Source: Monocercomonoides exilis PA203 (Eukaryota > Protista > Preaxostyla). From it: a stretch of DNA of 64,000 nt. Location: positions 626,790-690,789 of the forward strand of contig LSRY02000049.1 in NCBI GenBank assembly GCA_001643675.2. The letters run 5' to 3'. Below the pieces are notes generated by a model that did no database searches, was not told the origin of the DNA, and was given only the letters and a program-made list of their open reading frames with translations. Shown here piece by piece: positions 12,395-26,700 of the stretch; position 1 is the first letter of the stretch, and every line of letters begins with the position of its first letter. The translations under genes and the position numbers were made by a program.

Positions 12395-13130
12395 ATGACA
12401 GTTTTTTGTGGAAGAAGAGCTTACGTGTTTGAGTGTTCTTTTGCTTTGTGCTCACTTACAGGTTCACATGGAAGAGGGATAAGTTGCTCATATGTTCCAG
12501 CTGCATTCAAAATGCGTTGCATGCAGTTCATTTCGTGCTCAGCAGTGTCATATGGCGGAGGGATGAGATTTTATCCTGATCAATCAACACCCCCAAGCAA
12601 CAACCTTTATTTTTGTTTCTTCTTCTTCCACGATTGCAGATGCAACGCTTCCACTCCATATAGCAATGATTTGTTTTTCCAAGATCTATGCAATCTCTTT
12701 TCATCGGCAAACCCGTTCTACGAATCGTACACAACGAATAGTGATGATAAGAGAGTGTGCCGCCAATATTATAATGGAAGCAGTTATGTGTATCAGCACA
12801 CAGAAAAGAAGTTGTGGTTGAAGGAGGGAATGAAAGATAGATATGTTGGTGTGGGTGGAAGTGACACAAACAATTTGTGTGGGATGAGTGAGGCAGCACC
12901 TTGCAAGACAGTGGGGCATGCAGCGGAGTCGAGCATGGCGCAGTTGAGCTCGACAATCACAGTGCTGAGTGGGAGGCATGTGAGCTAAGGGGTGACGATC
13001 AATGTTGGGGAAAAGAAGATTTCTGTTGTTTGGAGAGGGAAAACAGTGAGTGTGATCGGGATAGATTCTCTCTTTCTTCGACTTCGACAACGGAATAGGA
13101 AGTTCGTCGATAAATGTGTTTGTGATGTCT
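12395..13130 (+). pseudogene. Captured fragment of the Cys-rich surface-receptor family
   Basis: KDRYVGVGGSDTNNLCGMSEAAPCKTVGHA matches the GxDxxxCGxxxxxCxT module of the 48.5-61 kb gene; interrupted by a stop at 12986-12988 and truncated. Confidence 0.7.
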
Positions 13131-14149
13131 GTTGGGGTCGAAAAATTTTTGCTGGCTAAAATAATGGCAAATCCAAGATCTGAAGGAGAACATCCAATAA
13201 AATCACGTATTTGCGCTTGCAATGCCATAGCTGCCAATAACTGCTATTGAGGTGAAAAATCAAAATTCTGCATCAGCCCCTCGTCTCCATGTTGCACCCC
13301 TCACAATCTTCGTTTCTATTGCTCCCATCACCTTCACCGCTGTTTTGGTCTATTCCGAAACAAGAATCATCGAAAAATTCTTCTGTTGCGATGCATCGCC
13401 AGCTGCACCCTGAAGAAAAAAAAATACGGGAAAAAATTCATTCAGAAAGTGTTACATGTTAACAGTTCCCTCGAGAGGCAAACAGAATGGAAGACCTCTA
13501 TCACACCAGCAGAACAAAGATAATAAAATGAAAAGAAATGGAGCAACCTTCAAACACATTCGCACAACCCCCAACAACATTTTGAAAGCAAAGGGTGTAG
13601 GAGGAGTAACGAATATTATTCACGTACGGGCACAGCCAGATTTCCCAAACATCTCAGCAGTTCACAGCCGTCCCACCTCAAAAATAGAATTTCACACTTC
13701 AGAAAGAGCTGACTTACGTTCATCTTCAATGGAAAAACAATTTTATTAAAGACACTTCGTTTTCACAAATTATTTTTAAAAGCACAATTCATTCATTGAA
13801 CTTTTTTAAATCTCTTTAATTAAAAATTTCTTAAAAAATGGTGAAATGTTGGAATTTAAGTTTTCTATGTGAGGTGGTTTTTCGAAATTCAGCTTAGAAC
13901 CTTTGAAAAAGCGTTTATCTGTCTATGCAGTTTTAAAAGTGATTTTTGCACCACGTTTCTCCTGTGTTTTTCGTTTTGTCTTCAGATACCACACAGAAAC
14001 CTTGACAAAAATAAGACAGCATGGTCAAAGAATAAAAGAAAAGACATAAATTAATTGTTACAGAAGATTTGAAAAAAGTTAACAACAAAGTTATTAAAAT
14101 ACAAAAAAATCAAGATGAAAGAATTTGAATATAATAAAATCATTGTCTC

Positions 14150-15130
14150 AGAAGTTTTCACAAACCAATGAAGTTTCCTTGTCTCTTTTTTGTATTCCAT
14201 ATATCAAATGCCTCTTTGTCTCAGCCTTTTTCTTTCATCTTCCTCCTCTCCTTTCTTCTCTTCTCGTTCAGTTAAACTCTGTTGTTTTTAAACACTCAAT
14301 CTCTATCTCCATCATCTTTCCTCAAATTTCCAAAAGCCAAGTCCTCCAGCCTCTATTGTCTATTGCGTCAGCACCTTCAGTCACCGCCACTCCATTGGAA
14401 GCATGTTTATCCAGAACCTTCTCTTCTTTTCTGCTTGTTTCGAAAGGACTCGTCATTTCCTTAACTTCACTCCCCACAGCATGCTATCCTTCGTACTCTC
14501 TCTTTTCGCTTCTCTCATTTCATTCACTGCATTCAACTGTATCTCTTCTCAACAATATGAAGATTGTTTCACTTCCATCACAGACAACAAAAAATGCAAA
14601 GTCGTTCCTTTGATCTCGACGATCATTGAAATGTCTCAAACAAACACTCCACAGAACCTTTCATTCTCCCACAGCAACTTTTTTTCTTTTCAATATTTTT
14701 TCTTCTTCCTCTTCACGCAATTGCTTATTAAAGCCTCATATCAAAGCCAATCTCTTATATCCTATTCAAATTCATTAGGCGCACCGTATCTTTATCGTTG
14801 TTTCTGTCTTCTATATCCATTTTCTTCCTCAGCAGCGATGAGCATCCAATCATCTGTTTGACAACTTATCTCCTTTGCAACTTCATCTTGCATCTCTTGA
14901 AGCAAATAATTAACTGCCAATTTCTTCTTTCTCCTCTTCGCCTTTGATTCTGCAGTCTTGTCTTGTCCATCTTTTCTTCTCATCCAGCTTCTTCATGACT
15001 TTGTCAAAGCATCAATAACGCTGTATGCTCTCTTTCACTTTGCGTTGCTTCCTTCCTTTGAAAAACAACAAAAAATCCATCGATCACATTATCAACTGTT
15101 CGGTGAGGAATGTGAAAAAAGAATGAAAAT
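14150..15130 (-). pseudogene. Second captured, decayed coding fragment inside the TIR element (unknown family)
   Basis: Purine-rich, coding-like minus strand (e.g. YLLQEMQDEVAKEISCQTDDWMLIAAEEENGYRRQK) broken by frameshifts. Confidence 0.45.
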
Positions 15131-17639
15131 ATTCAGATAATTATATTTTTATTATCAACAATCTATTGAAATATGAAACGCATTCACAGTTGAAAATCGT
15201 TGTTTTTGATATTGAACAAAATGCTTCAACAATAATTGTGTGTGAGTGTGCGTACGCAAGAATTTGTTCAGAATAATGAATCGGTTCAAAATTGAGAAAT
15301 ATTTCATAATACCAGTAAAATTTTCTCAAGCAAACAGCAGCATAAATATTTCTTCTTCAACCATTTCATTGTTAACAATGTTTGTTCATCAGAAAGTTAA
15401 TAAATTGAATTGTTTAATTTTGCGATCACAGCAAAAAAATTATGGGTTGAGAAAAAATAGAAAAAATATCAATTTTTTGATGGAAGAATTTCGCGTTTTT
15501 CCATCAGCAGTTTGTTTTCTATAATTATAAGAATTAATAATATGCTAATAAAAAAATATATAAAAGCCTTTCCAAACTGGTACAAAATAGACCTATGCCC
15601 GTGAGCATTCAATCGAAATAATTATTCCTCCTTCGCACACTCCCTATTTGACACAACCGCTTGATAGCTATGTGTTTGCGCAATTCACAAAAAGACTGTA
15701 TTCATTTTTTCAGCCTCCAACCGAAAGTGGAATATCGTCATATAGAAAAGCTCTTGTGCCAGCATTGGCAGATGCTGTGAATGCTGCGTTGGAACCTACA
15801 ACTATTAAAAAATCGTTCTTCGCTTGCGGGATAGAGCCATTTGATCCGTCAGTTGTTTTAGACAGACTGCCCAATCAGTCTTCAATCACAAAAATATCTT
15901 CAATTTGTTCATCGGCCCGTCCTTCTAATGGAGTTTTTAACATGAAAGTTTTAACAAGTGATGATTTTGTTCAGGAAAACAAACCAAGTGAAGAAGGTTT
16001 GAATATTTTCATAAGATTGGAATGAGATGTTTATCTTTCTTATTCTTTTTTTTTATTCTTCCGAGAAAAAGAAAAAAGTGAATCCAGCAACTTGAAAGAC
16101 AGTCTACAAAAGCAAATATCAGAGAGGAAAGCAAAAAAGGATAAATGTGATGTGGAAACAAAATGAAAGATATCGGAACAAACTCCTGAAGAAGAAATAG
16201 ATGAATCTTCTTTGTTTTCAGGAGAAAAACAAAAAAGAAAACAAGTGTCTGAAAAAAAATGGGTAAAACAATTTTATTTCAGCTGAATGCGACTTTTCTT
16301 TTCAAACAATTTAGTTTTGCAACTTGTTTATTAATTTTTTTTCATTTTGTTTGATTATTTTCAAATAGTCTCATATCAGCGAATGTTTCTTTTCGATCGT
16401 GTTTTTTATTGTTCGATTCATTTATAATCAAGAAAACCTTATTAAAAAAACATGTTATGAACGTTTTTTTTAAATATATGGGTGATTCTTTTTGAAAGCA
16501 TAATTTTTGAATGAAAATTTTCGAAGTGGAAAAAATAACATTGAAATGATTAAAAAACACATGTATTTTGCATGAAGATATTATTTTCGATAATATATTC
16601 ATATGGGTCATTATTTTTCTTATCATAACTTAGTTCGAAGAAAGATCATTTTTTTTTGATAATTGTGGAAAAAGAGAAAAAACAAAAATAAATATTTTTA
16701 AATGAATAATCAAAGAATTGTGATTGAATATTAAAAAACAAAGTTGATTTGAGAAAATTCTAAGAAATCCATAATTTAATTTTGTTTTCAGTTATATCTA
16801 ATATTTGAATTATTTGGAATTATGAAGGTTAAAAAGCTCAATAATTTCTTATTGAAGATTACAATTTGAGCATGATTGATTTATATTGCTTTTTTGAAAT
16901 GATTGACATGAACTATCATCAAAAAATGTGTGAATTGTTGATTTATTAAATTTTATTCGAAATTAAAGAATTTATTATTTTGTGCAATATTTTTTTAATT
17001 TTATTTATGTTATGAACGATCATAATACAATATAGGTCGATTCGAGACGTTGAAGAGAAGCAATATATTTAATAAAATAATTGTATTGTTTTTTTGAATA
17101 ATGAAACGAATAATTGAAAAATAATAATGTCAAATCTTGATTATTACATGTTATCATTTCGAACATTTTGGATAAAATGTGAAAAGTTACCGCAATGTTT
17201 TATTTTGCTATTATATTATTTTTCATTGTTTTTTGTTTTTTCTTCATTTCAAACATTGCACTTTGTTATTTTTATTGAAAAGTTTATTATTTTTGAAATT
17301 TACACTTTGTTTATCACTGAAAAAACATTAATTTGTTAAAACTTAAATGAGACCTAATTTTTTTGATAAATTCGATAGAAGAACTAGTCAAACATAACAC
17401 ATCAATTTGATTTCTCATTAAACATATAATTAACTTTAACAATTACAAAATATTTATTTCAATTTACCAGTGTACAGGTGAAATGAAGAAAAAAGATAAA
17501 ACTTTAAAAAAAAGTGAAGAAAAATTCGTTTCATAAATGATAGCCAAAAAAAAACCTGTCCAATTGCAAAGCTTCATTTTTTCCAAACTTAAGGCAAATT
17601 AATTGTTCCAATTCAGTTTGCTTCAGAAACATGAAAAGC

Positions 17640-18449
17640 TGAAATAAAAAAATTTCCTCCAAGACTATTTGCTTTTCATTTCTGAAATTCGAAGAAGCTT
17701 ATCCTATCTCTTTGAGAAACACGCCATAAATACATCCAACCTCCATAATACTTTTGAGAAATACAAGAATTAAACGAATTATTCTCAGTCTTGACTGAAC
17801 TGATCGAATTTCAAAAAATCACTCCCCCAGTATAATATGCTGTGCAGTTGTTGAACGAACAAAATTTCACTGAAAGTGTTCCTGATGCCTTGTTGAACAT
17901 TGATATAGCCCCTCCACTCGATATTCCATCTGAAGAGGAATCGCTTGTCCCTGTCGTCTTCGACCCGTTCCACTCGCACCAAATAAATGAATTTGCTCCA
18001 TCGTCTGTTGTGTTTTGTCTCCCTGGTTTCAATGGGTTTTCTTTGCTTCCAATGAATTCAATATTTCTTGTCCTGCAACACTCAACGAACGAAGTGTTTG
18101 AGACAGCCAATGAAGATGAGGGGCTGTTGAGCGAGGGGACAATCCCTCCATCATACACATCCCACACTGATGAAAATGAGCATCCACTCATCAGAAATGC
18201 TCTTTGACTCAGTCTTTCATTTAAATGTGTTGTTTTCTGTGGATTTGTCGAGATGTTGAAGAAGGTCAGTTTGGAAAGAGATACAAGGGGTGTCAAAGGC
18301 GGTGCAAGAAACGGGGCTGATGAAACACAAAAAGATGAGAAATCTGACTCGCTCACCAGAACACTCCCTCCTCCTTCTCTTTCTTCGTCTCTTCCTTCTC
18401 CACCTCTTCCTTCACCACCTCTTCCTTCACCTCTTTCTCTTCCTCTCAA
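17640..18449 (-). pseudogene. N-terminal-region fragment of the surface-receptor family
   Basis: SDFSSFCV...GCSFSSVWDVYDGGIVPSLN...NTSFVECCR parallels TSFSSFCV...GCSFEEVWNPINGGILADFN...NSTFFRCK in ORF 48564; no valid ATG start and frameshifted at the 3' side. Confidence 0.75.
18390..18435. repeat. 15-bp tandem repeat (cttccttcaccacct-like, ~3 copies; encodes GEGRG)
   Basis: Directly visible. Confidence 0.7.
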
Positions 18450-18539
18450 TAAAATATTTCTTATAACCCCAAAAATCTTACAACCCTTTTCTTATCTCTT
18501 TCTGCTGAAAATATAATGAATCTCATAAAAAAATATAAC

Positions 18540-20560
18540 AGACCTTCGCTGTCAATGCATTTTTATAATTAATAATCCTATAAAGCTCTTTCCCAAGTTG
18601 AATCCACCGATTGCCCTTCAGTCTCCATCTTCTGATGTTGTTCTGCATTCCTTCGTTATTTTAAGAGGACAGTCTCAAAAATATTTTTATCCAAGCAGGT
18701 GAAAAGAAAAAATTAGTAAGTCATGCAAAAAAATCGGTCTAATAATAAAGCTTCAAAAAAAAAAAAATATCATACCATTATTGCTCGTCAATCTCACCTT
18801 CTTTTGTCAAAGCATCACGGCGCCCCTCGCCTCTTTATCCCTTCCGTAATCTCCGGCAAAAACAAAACATTTTACAACCTCCGTCCATAAAGATGTTCCT
18901 TTTGATACTGTTCTTGAGGATATTCCCATCTCCTTTTTTGAATAATTCTTTGTTGAACTGACTTTCCTCTATTTTTCTCCAAAATCCCTTTTCTCTTTTT
19001 TCTTCTTCATGTCCTCCCTCAATTCATATCACCATCTCATTCCCTTCTTTCTGCTCTTCTTCCAATGCTCCAAAAAAATTCATTCTTCTAATCCCTCTTG
19101 TTTTCCTTCTTCATCTCTTTTTCTTTTCCCTATCTTCTGCTTCAATTTCCGCTTCTTTTTCTTCCTCCTCTGTATCATTAATTCCTTGATCTCATTTTTC
19201 GCTTAAAATAAGATTCGTCCTATATGTCTTCCAAAACCTTCTTAAAATTTTTGATCTTCTTTTCCATTTCATTCATTTGCATTTCGCCCCAGCTCATTTC
19301 ACTCAACGTTCTGCAATTGTCATATCCTGACTTCTTTTAATGCATCCAATATCCTCTTTTTCCGCATTCCTTGTTCATTCATTGTCGTTGAACACTCATT
19401 CAAAAAATCTAGTTTCATAAAAAAAATAATATAGGAAAATTTATAATTAAAAAATATAAATACACACCGTTATAATGATCATTCTTCACTGATTTTCTTC
19501 TCCTCCTCCAAATATTTCTCCGTTTTGCCAACAAAACCCATCTGTCTCGTCTTCGTTTCCTTTCTGCTTCCTCAAAAAAAATCAGCCAAAACCCAATTCT
19601 GTATTCTGCTTCCACTCAAATAACTCAGCCAGCTACATTCTATAAAAAAAACTAGCAATGAAGAATATTTCATCTGATAAGCGCTTCTCACCCCTTTTCG
19701 CTGTATCGACTTTTTCTTCTCCACATTCCCTCCAAAATATCAACGCCCTTCCACCAAATATCGCAACCCCTTCGCACAAATCTATTCCCCTTCACTCCCT
19801 GTCACTTCTTTTCACAGCATCTTTCTTCTAATCAAAATTAAATATCTCCATATTTTGCCTCTCTTTGGTGCAAAACATCCTCTCGTCGTCGGCCCCTCAT
19901 CTTCCTCTGTCTCCATACCACCAATGCAAAGTGCCAGCGCTGATGTTCCTTCTTCCTGTCTTCCTCAGCCTCCACCTCCATCCCTTGCCCTGCAAATGTG
20001 AGGCGCGACAAAACGGTTCACAAAATAAATTATATAAAAATATGAAGAAAAATTTTCTTCATTTTTTTTTCTTCAACCCCATTTCCCCCTCTACTTGTAC
20101 ATCCACAAAAACTTCTCCCCCTTGCTCTGCCTCATATGAACCTTCCTCTCTCTCCCTGCATTTGAAAAAAAACCATCCCTTTTCCATTTCTTCTCCATTT
20201 CCTTTCCAATTCTTGTCCTCTCCTCCAAAGATAATATATTCCATTCACTCCACTCATCTTCAGCCCTTCTCCTCTTCCCTTTTATTCCACCTCCTCCACA
20301 TCAAAATCCTTTTCACAAATAATAAACGCAATTCCCACACCTTCCAACTCACAAAAATCTCAGAAACAACCCCTCCCAACCTCATCCCAATCCATCTCCT
20401 ACACATCTATTTTGCCTCTTAAACCTCCAAAAAATACGTCTTTCTCCCTCCAAAAAAATATTCCTTTATCGCTCCTTTCACCCTCTCAAAACCCTGTTCA
20501 TTCTCAATTGCACAAATCCATCACCCCATTCCATAAATCTATCCTGTTGCAATCGCATTG
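18540..20560 (-). pseudogene. Highly decayed copy of the C-terminal half of a receptor-family gene
   Basis: C/T-rich plus strand mirrors the G-rich sense strand of the family; residual similarity near 19680-19780 to the segment preceding ARRNVMC; many stops. Confidence 0.4.
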
Positions 20561-23500
20561 TCTTCATATGCCCATTCAGCCACAGTGCATCGAGTTGTGC
20601 CCCTTTTCTTGTGTGACTCTTATTCGTTATGGAAAATGATCAAACAAATCTCAAATGCTCAAGAAATATCTACAGAATGAAAATTTCATGTGACCAAAAA
20701 TGCAGCTGGGCTAAATGAAATATTTCTAGTGATGAAAAAGCAGCATCAACAACTCTTTTTTTATTGATGGAAGATGAAATTGTTCATTTTGATTGTTGGA
20801 TGGCTGTGGGGCTATGACATTTTCAATGGAAATGAGAAAATTTTAATGTATGCAATTTTTATTGTTCTATTTGTTGTGAATATATTTCCATCTGTAACCT
20901 CTCCAAAGTCGTGATTCAAACAATTTATAAAAAATGGACAATTTATTCCATGCAGAGCAGAACAGCGAGGAAGGGGGCCAAATGTTATCTTACAAATATA
21001 TCATTGGAGCATGATATTAATTTATTATAAATGTTTATGCAACTTTTTTTGGACTCAACATGCGCGATGGATAGAAATTCAATGAAAAATGAATTTTGAT
21101 GGAGCAGAAATCAACGGGGTTGGAAGATGCTAAAGCTAAAAGGAAGAATGTTTGATTTCTATGAAAAGGGAACGTTTTTTAAAAAGAGGAAGAGGACATT
21201 TACAAAAAATTTTGTTTGAAAGATTGGGGCAAATGACTAAAACAGGAGATTTGAGGGAATTGGAGCAGAACAAGGCGCATTTCTTGGGATAAGAAGGGCA
21301 AGACATTGATTTTATGGACAGAAGAGAGCGATGAAACTGGTTTTCATTGGTTGGATTGAGAGGCGAAAAAACGAGAAAATCAGGTAGTTTGGCGTAATAC
21401 AAGCAGCTGGAGGAAAATTACAGGCAAAATGGATTTGAGTCATTTAACCTTTGTCTTCAGCCTTATGTCATTGAGATTGTTATGTTGAAGATATCATTCA
21501 ACATAAAATATCCAACGGTTGAACTCTCCATAATCATTATCTTCTTCATTTTCTTCGTTTTCTTCGAATCTTCTTCTTCTTCTTTGTTTCCGTCTTCAAA
21601 ACCGAGAAATACGAAATTATTTTTTCCTTGGTTTTTGTTCATCATTTTCTTCACCTTCTTTGCCATATTCAGTCTAGTCTTCTTCATCCACTTCTATTTT
21701 ATTTTCTATCATCATCTTCATCTTCCGATTCTTCTACTCCCAGCAGCTTCACCAACACCACCACATCCTTCTCCTTCTCCTTCTTTATCAGCGAGCCGAC
21801 TGAGCGACATGTTCGTCTGAATGAGGGTGCCAGTTCTGGGAGTATTTGCAGGCCTGGTTCACAGGCAGTCGATTTGGTGCTGAATGCGGAGCATGTTTCA
21901 TTTAGTGTCAGCAGCCGTTCATAGCAGCTTTTTGGGATGGGATGGTGAGGACGTTGGAGGCTGCACAGATGTGGGAGGGATAAGGAAAGAGACCGATTGC
22001 ATTCACATCATCGCTTTCCTTTTTGTCAGCTGTTCAACCATCTTCATCATCATCTTCTTTTGCTTCTGTCTGTAACCCGTGGGTAATGAGACATTTTTGA
22101 GGAATGGAGATGAAAGAGGTGAGCAACGCAGGGCATTGGTGGAGCTAGAAATGGAAATGGCAGTTTGTATTGCTTGGAGCAGAGAGCGAGATGAATGAGA
22201 GAGAAGAGAAGGAAGAGAAGGAAAAGAAGAGGAAGAAGCAGAGGAAGAAGCAGAGGGGAAAAAAGTGATGTTCATTTCTGTCTTTTTTTTCCGATGAGGT
22301 CAGCCACCTGCCGTGCAGCATCTGCCTTCCTCGTTCAGCAGTGAGCTCTCAGCAAACCGAGTGAAGCTGCACGTCATCTCTTCTCTTCTCCTCTGCCACA
22401 CCGACACCACACTAACGCCACACCGACGCTACAGGCACAATTATCGGGTGGTGTCTGAAGAACACAGATAGCACCTCTTTGCCAAGCGATGGTAGCACAG
22501 CAGCAACAGCTGCAGCAACAGCGGCAGATTGTGCATGGGGCAGCTGTGGAGCGGTTTCCGCAGGAGCGACTGGCCAAGCATCTCCGACACGATGTTCGCC
22601 TCCGCCGCGTTATATCTTGTCCGGATGGACTCGCGCAGCTGGTCATTGCACTCCATCTTGTCGGGAGATGGAACATCGGGTTGCGTGTTGGCAGCACAGC
22701 CGCTTTGCTTGGTGTGTCTTGAAAGGGCGAGAGGGCTTTCAGGAGAAGACTGCTGCGATGGGAGAAGCCATTCACCAGAGAAGCGATGGAACAGAGGAGT
22801 GGAGAGGACGAGCTGAGTGGAGGATGAGAAGGGAAAGAGGAGGGGAAGGAATTTCTGGAAGAGTGTGAGAAAGATGAATGAAAGGAGAGGGGTGTTGTTT
22901 TCGGAGAATTTTGTGAGGTGGATGGAGGAGGAGAATAACAAAGACAAGAAACTGAGAGCAGCCATCACTCTGGAATTGTGAGGGGAAAGGGGAGGGCGAT
23001 GGCGAAGAAAAGGCAGAGGAATGAGCAGTGGATGGGCGGGTGTGGCGATTTGGATTGAAGGATCAGGCACAACATTTGGGAATGAGATTTTGTGAAGAGT
23101 TTTAAGTGAGCTGAGGAAATGGGATGCTTTGGGGGATGGTTAAGATCTTATGAAATATGATTGAACTGCGAAAAGAATTGTTTGTCACATCGTTTATTCG
23201 CCTTCTTCAATTTAAACTTCCTCTTCTTCCTCTTCTTCCTCATTTTCTTCTTTTCCATCATCATTATTTTCTTTCTTTATCTTCTTCTTCTCCATCATTG
23301 TTTTCATATGCACTGTCTTAGCAACGAAATTACATTAATATTTTTTCTTATTCGTCATAATTATATTCATCTTCATCAAATCATTTAAATGGATTTTTTG
23401 TTATTTGAGTTATTCCAATAGAATCAGTACAAAGAAATGGAAATAAGAAATTTTTTCATGCAGAAGCGAAAAAAAATCATTGATCTTGAGATAATCATCG

Positions 23501-23766
23501 AAGATGAAGAAAATTTGCTTTATTGGAAGAAAGAAACTATTTTCAAGAAAGAGAAGATGTGAAAGAAGAACTGTGAGAAAAAATATTGAATAAAATAGTT
23601 TTTAATTATTCGTGATATCGTGTTATTCAGTATTTGTTGAGTAATTATTTATTAAATTCACAAATAGTTGCGATATGTTAATTTTCAGAAAATAATTGAA
23701 ATATTTGAATAACCATTATTCAAATTATCAAATTCGTCAATAACTTTTCAGATTTTTTCTGAAAAA

Positions 23767-26700
23767 ATGGAGCAAAGGAAATTCAGCAACCTATCATATT
23801 CTCGGAAGAGTGAAAAATGCTCTTTCATATGGAACGAATTGAACGAAAAATCTGGAAATGATACAGTCAGTATGCTGCAATTCATGTTTACTCACACAAA
23901 CATTGGGAAAAAACTAAGTGCAAAGATTCAAGAAATATTTGCTGGTATACAACTCTATTATCATTTTTTAATTGTGAGAGTTACTTACATTTTTACTTTT
24001 ATTTGGTAGAAAAAGCCAATTTTACAATTCTTCGCTTGGCTTCTGCTTTCAACAGCGAAACCAATGTTCATACTAAAGTCACTTTGCTGAAATGTGTCTG
24101 CCATGAGTACAGTCTTTCCCAATTGCAGGATTATGGATTTGAATGCACAAAAGGCAGTTACAATCACGCCAAGCAAAACAGTTCAAGCACTTCATTTGAT
24201 ATCACTCCACCAAGAAAGCCTCCTCAACCTCCATCAAAGTCCAGTTTGTTTTTTTTTATTTTTTGAATTTTGTTTTGATTTTCGTCTAATGATTAATGAT
24301 TTTTTGTTCTTTTATTTTAAGAATTATGTTATGAGGACGAACAAGCGTTTTCTAACTTCATCAACGAAAATACCACAGAATCGTGTGAAAATATTTATAT
24401 ATCAAAATGTGTTCGTAAAGGTTTTATTCTATTTCTGTTTTGTTCATATATATTGATATTAAATTATTTTTTAATTATATTTGTTTCCTTTTTTTCTAAT
24501 AAAATAATAGATTCAACAACAATTATTGATGATAATTTTTCCATTATTAACGGTGAGGAAGGAATGGAAATTGACATTGACCCACTTGAAAATTACTTTC
24601 AGGAAAGTCATGAATCAGATTTTTCAACAATTGATTTTCAAAATGATGATGCCATGGACATCACTACCGAAACTCATGAAGTTTCTTCTAATAACTCTGC
24701 AATGGATACAGATGAACCAGAGTTAATCTTGGTATCGGGATTATCCAATCAAAACCTGGAAGATGAAAGAGCTACGACTTACACTTATCAAAGAGTCAAT
24801 CCAACTGATTCTATCGATGAATATCACCACGTTGCCATCGAAGATGATTCAGAAGAAAATGCGGAATGTTTACAAAAAGATTCATATATAAATGAGAGAG
24901 TGTTGAATCAATCTTCTTTAAAACAAACAATGAATAAAAAGAACGGAGATTGTGCTATCCCACAATTTTATCCTTTACTCAATAAAGGAAATTCATGTTT
25001 CTTGGCAGCTACAATTCAACTGTTTCGTTCAATTTTTTTCCATTCGGATAAACTCAAAAAGAGGAAAGGGCAAACATCAATGATTCAAAATTGCTTATGT
25101 TGCTTGGTGAATCCTCATTACATAGAACCCAAAAATTTTCAATGTAATCACACATCGAAATGGACTGCGAATTTTGTCAAAAAATGGGAAAATATGCATA
25201 ATCTTCGAACTGGTATTCAACACGAGTTCTATGAAACATTTCTGAGCCTTTTTGACGATATATCATCAATTTATCCTTCATTTCGAAGTCAAATGGAACA
25301 GAAAATTTGTTTTCCTCGGGTTTGTATCGATTGTTTTCATCGGAATGATGGTGTTGTTGAAACAACTCCTATTCTGAGGTTGAATGGAAATGATTTATTG
25401 AAGTCTTTCAACGAATCGTTTGAAATAAGTGAGGATAATATAAATAATAGAGATGCATTCTGCGAGTGTTGTTCAAAAAACACTCATCAATTGACAACTT
25501 TATCAATCAGTCGATTTCCTCGTATTTTATCAATTTCATTTGAAACACTATCTGATTCAAATACTTGTCCTACGAATGTTTACCCAGTTTTATCATTTCA
25601 AAATATCAATGGAAAAACAGTTGCATTCTCAAATTATGACTCAAATGCTATTAATTACAATTTGATTGCAGTATTATTTCATAAAGGAGAAAAAGAAAAT
25701 GGACATTTTTTTTCCATCTGCCATTTAGGAAGCTATGAAGAGTCATCAACATTTCAAAACAACAGTTGGTACTTGTGCAATGATGAAATGATTTCTATCA
25801 TCAACAAGAATGTGGAAGATGAAATCAAAAGTCATATGAAAAAAAACTCTCAGCCGGTCATGTGGATATACGTTCAAGTGAAAATAAAAGAAAATATTCA
25901 CATTGCTGAAATGCTATCTCCCCCATTGATTCCGTCTTTTCAAAAGAAGCATCCACATCAAGTTTTACACATAAACAATGAACCTTTTCAATATGGAACT
26001 TTATCAAGTTCACATCAACATGTTAATGAAGCTGCAAAACAATCATTATCAAACACAAATATCAATGAAACCCATGGAAAAAAAATATCATTAGGAAATG
26101 ATTCTAGTCACTCTTCTTCTTTTTCTCACTTCACTGATTCTGAGTCAAATCAATATCAATGTGCAAAGAATTGCTCTTCAATGCAAAAAGAAAATGAAAA
26201 CTGCCAGGAAACATATAATACATCTTATTCAACATCTCATTTTTCATCTTCGCTTGACTTTCCAATTCACAATCAATTTTGTTGCGAAGAAAACTTGAAC
26301 AACAATCACATCATTTCTTCTCCAAGCACTTCATTCAATCAATTTGACTTTCCATCCTCGTCAAATTCTTCTGTCAACACATCAAATTCATTTCATTCCA
26401 ATAACATAGATTTCAATTTGAACTTTCTCTCACTTCATCCACATCAACCTTGTGTTTCCACGTCAAATAAAATTGCAGCAAAAGCTATGAAAGATGTACA
26501 GAATGACATATCGATATCTCATAGCATTTTAGAGGTTTCTAGCTCTCCAGAACCTGGAACAACATGTTCAAGCAATCAACAAGTTTTAATTGAAAACATT
26601 TCATCTTTCTCATCCAACCTTTCAGATCAGAATACTCAAATGACAACCAACTCAACAAAAAATTCATCTTCGAATTCGACAAATGAACATAATGGCAAAT

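Larger units (their letters stand above)
11898..15599. mobile_element. Non-autonomous 3702-bp DNA transposon with 207-bp TIRs, 8-bp TSD (cgtgagca) and captured gene fragments (Pack-MULE-like)
   Basis: TIRs 11898-12104 and 15393-15599 (ggcataggtctattttgtacc... / ...ggtacaaaatagacctatgcc) are near-identical; cgtgagca at 11890-11897 and 15600-15607; no transposase inside. Confidence 0.93.
10885..16290 (+). pseudogene. Degenerate pogo/Tigger-like (CENP-B HTH + DDE_1) transposase, interrupted by a nested element
   Basis: Motifs KWARRFIKR, VFADGS, NGSGWIT and IFMDGHSSR; removing 11898-15607 restores the in-frame SREHSIEIIIPPSHTPYLTQPLDSYVF; multiple stops and frameshifts; 3' end approximate. Confidence 0.85.

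Noticed and set aside
21080-23400. Coding-like fragments (weak SNAP-like stretch at ~21290-21500; Cys/Gln-rich ORFs at 22374-23070)
   Set aside because: Broken frames and low complexity; no family can be supported by eye
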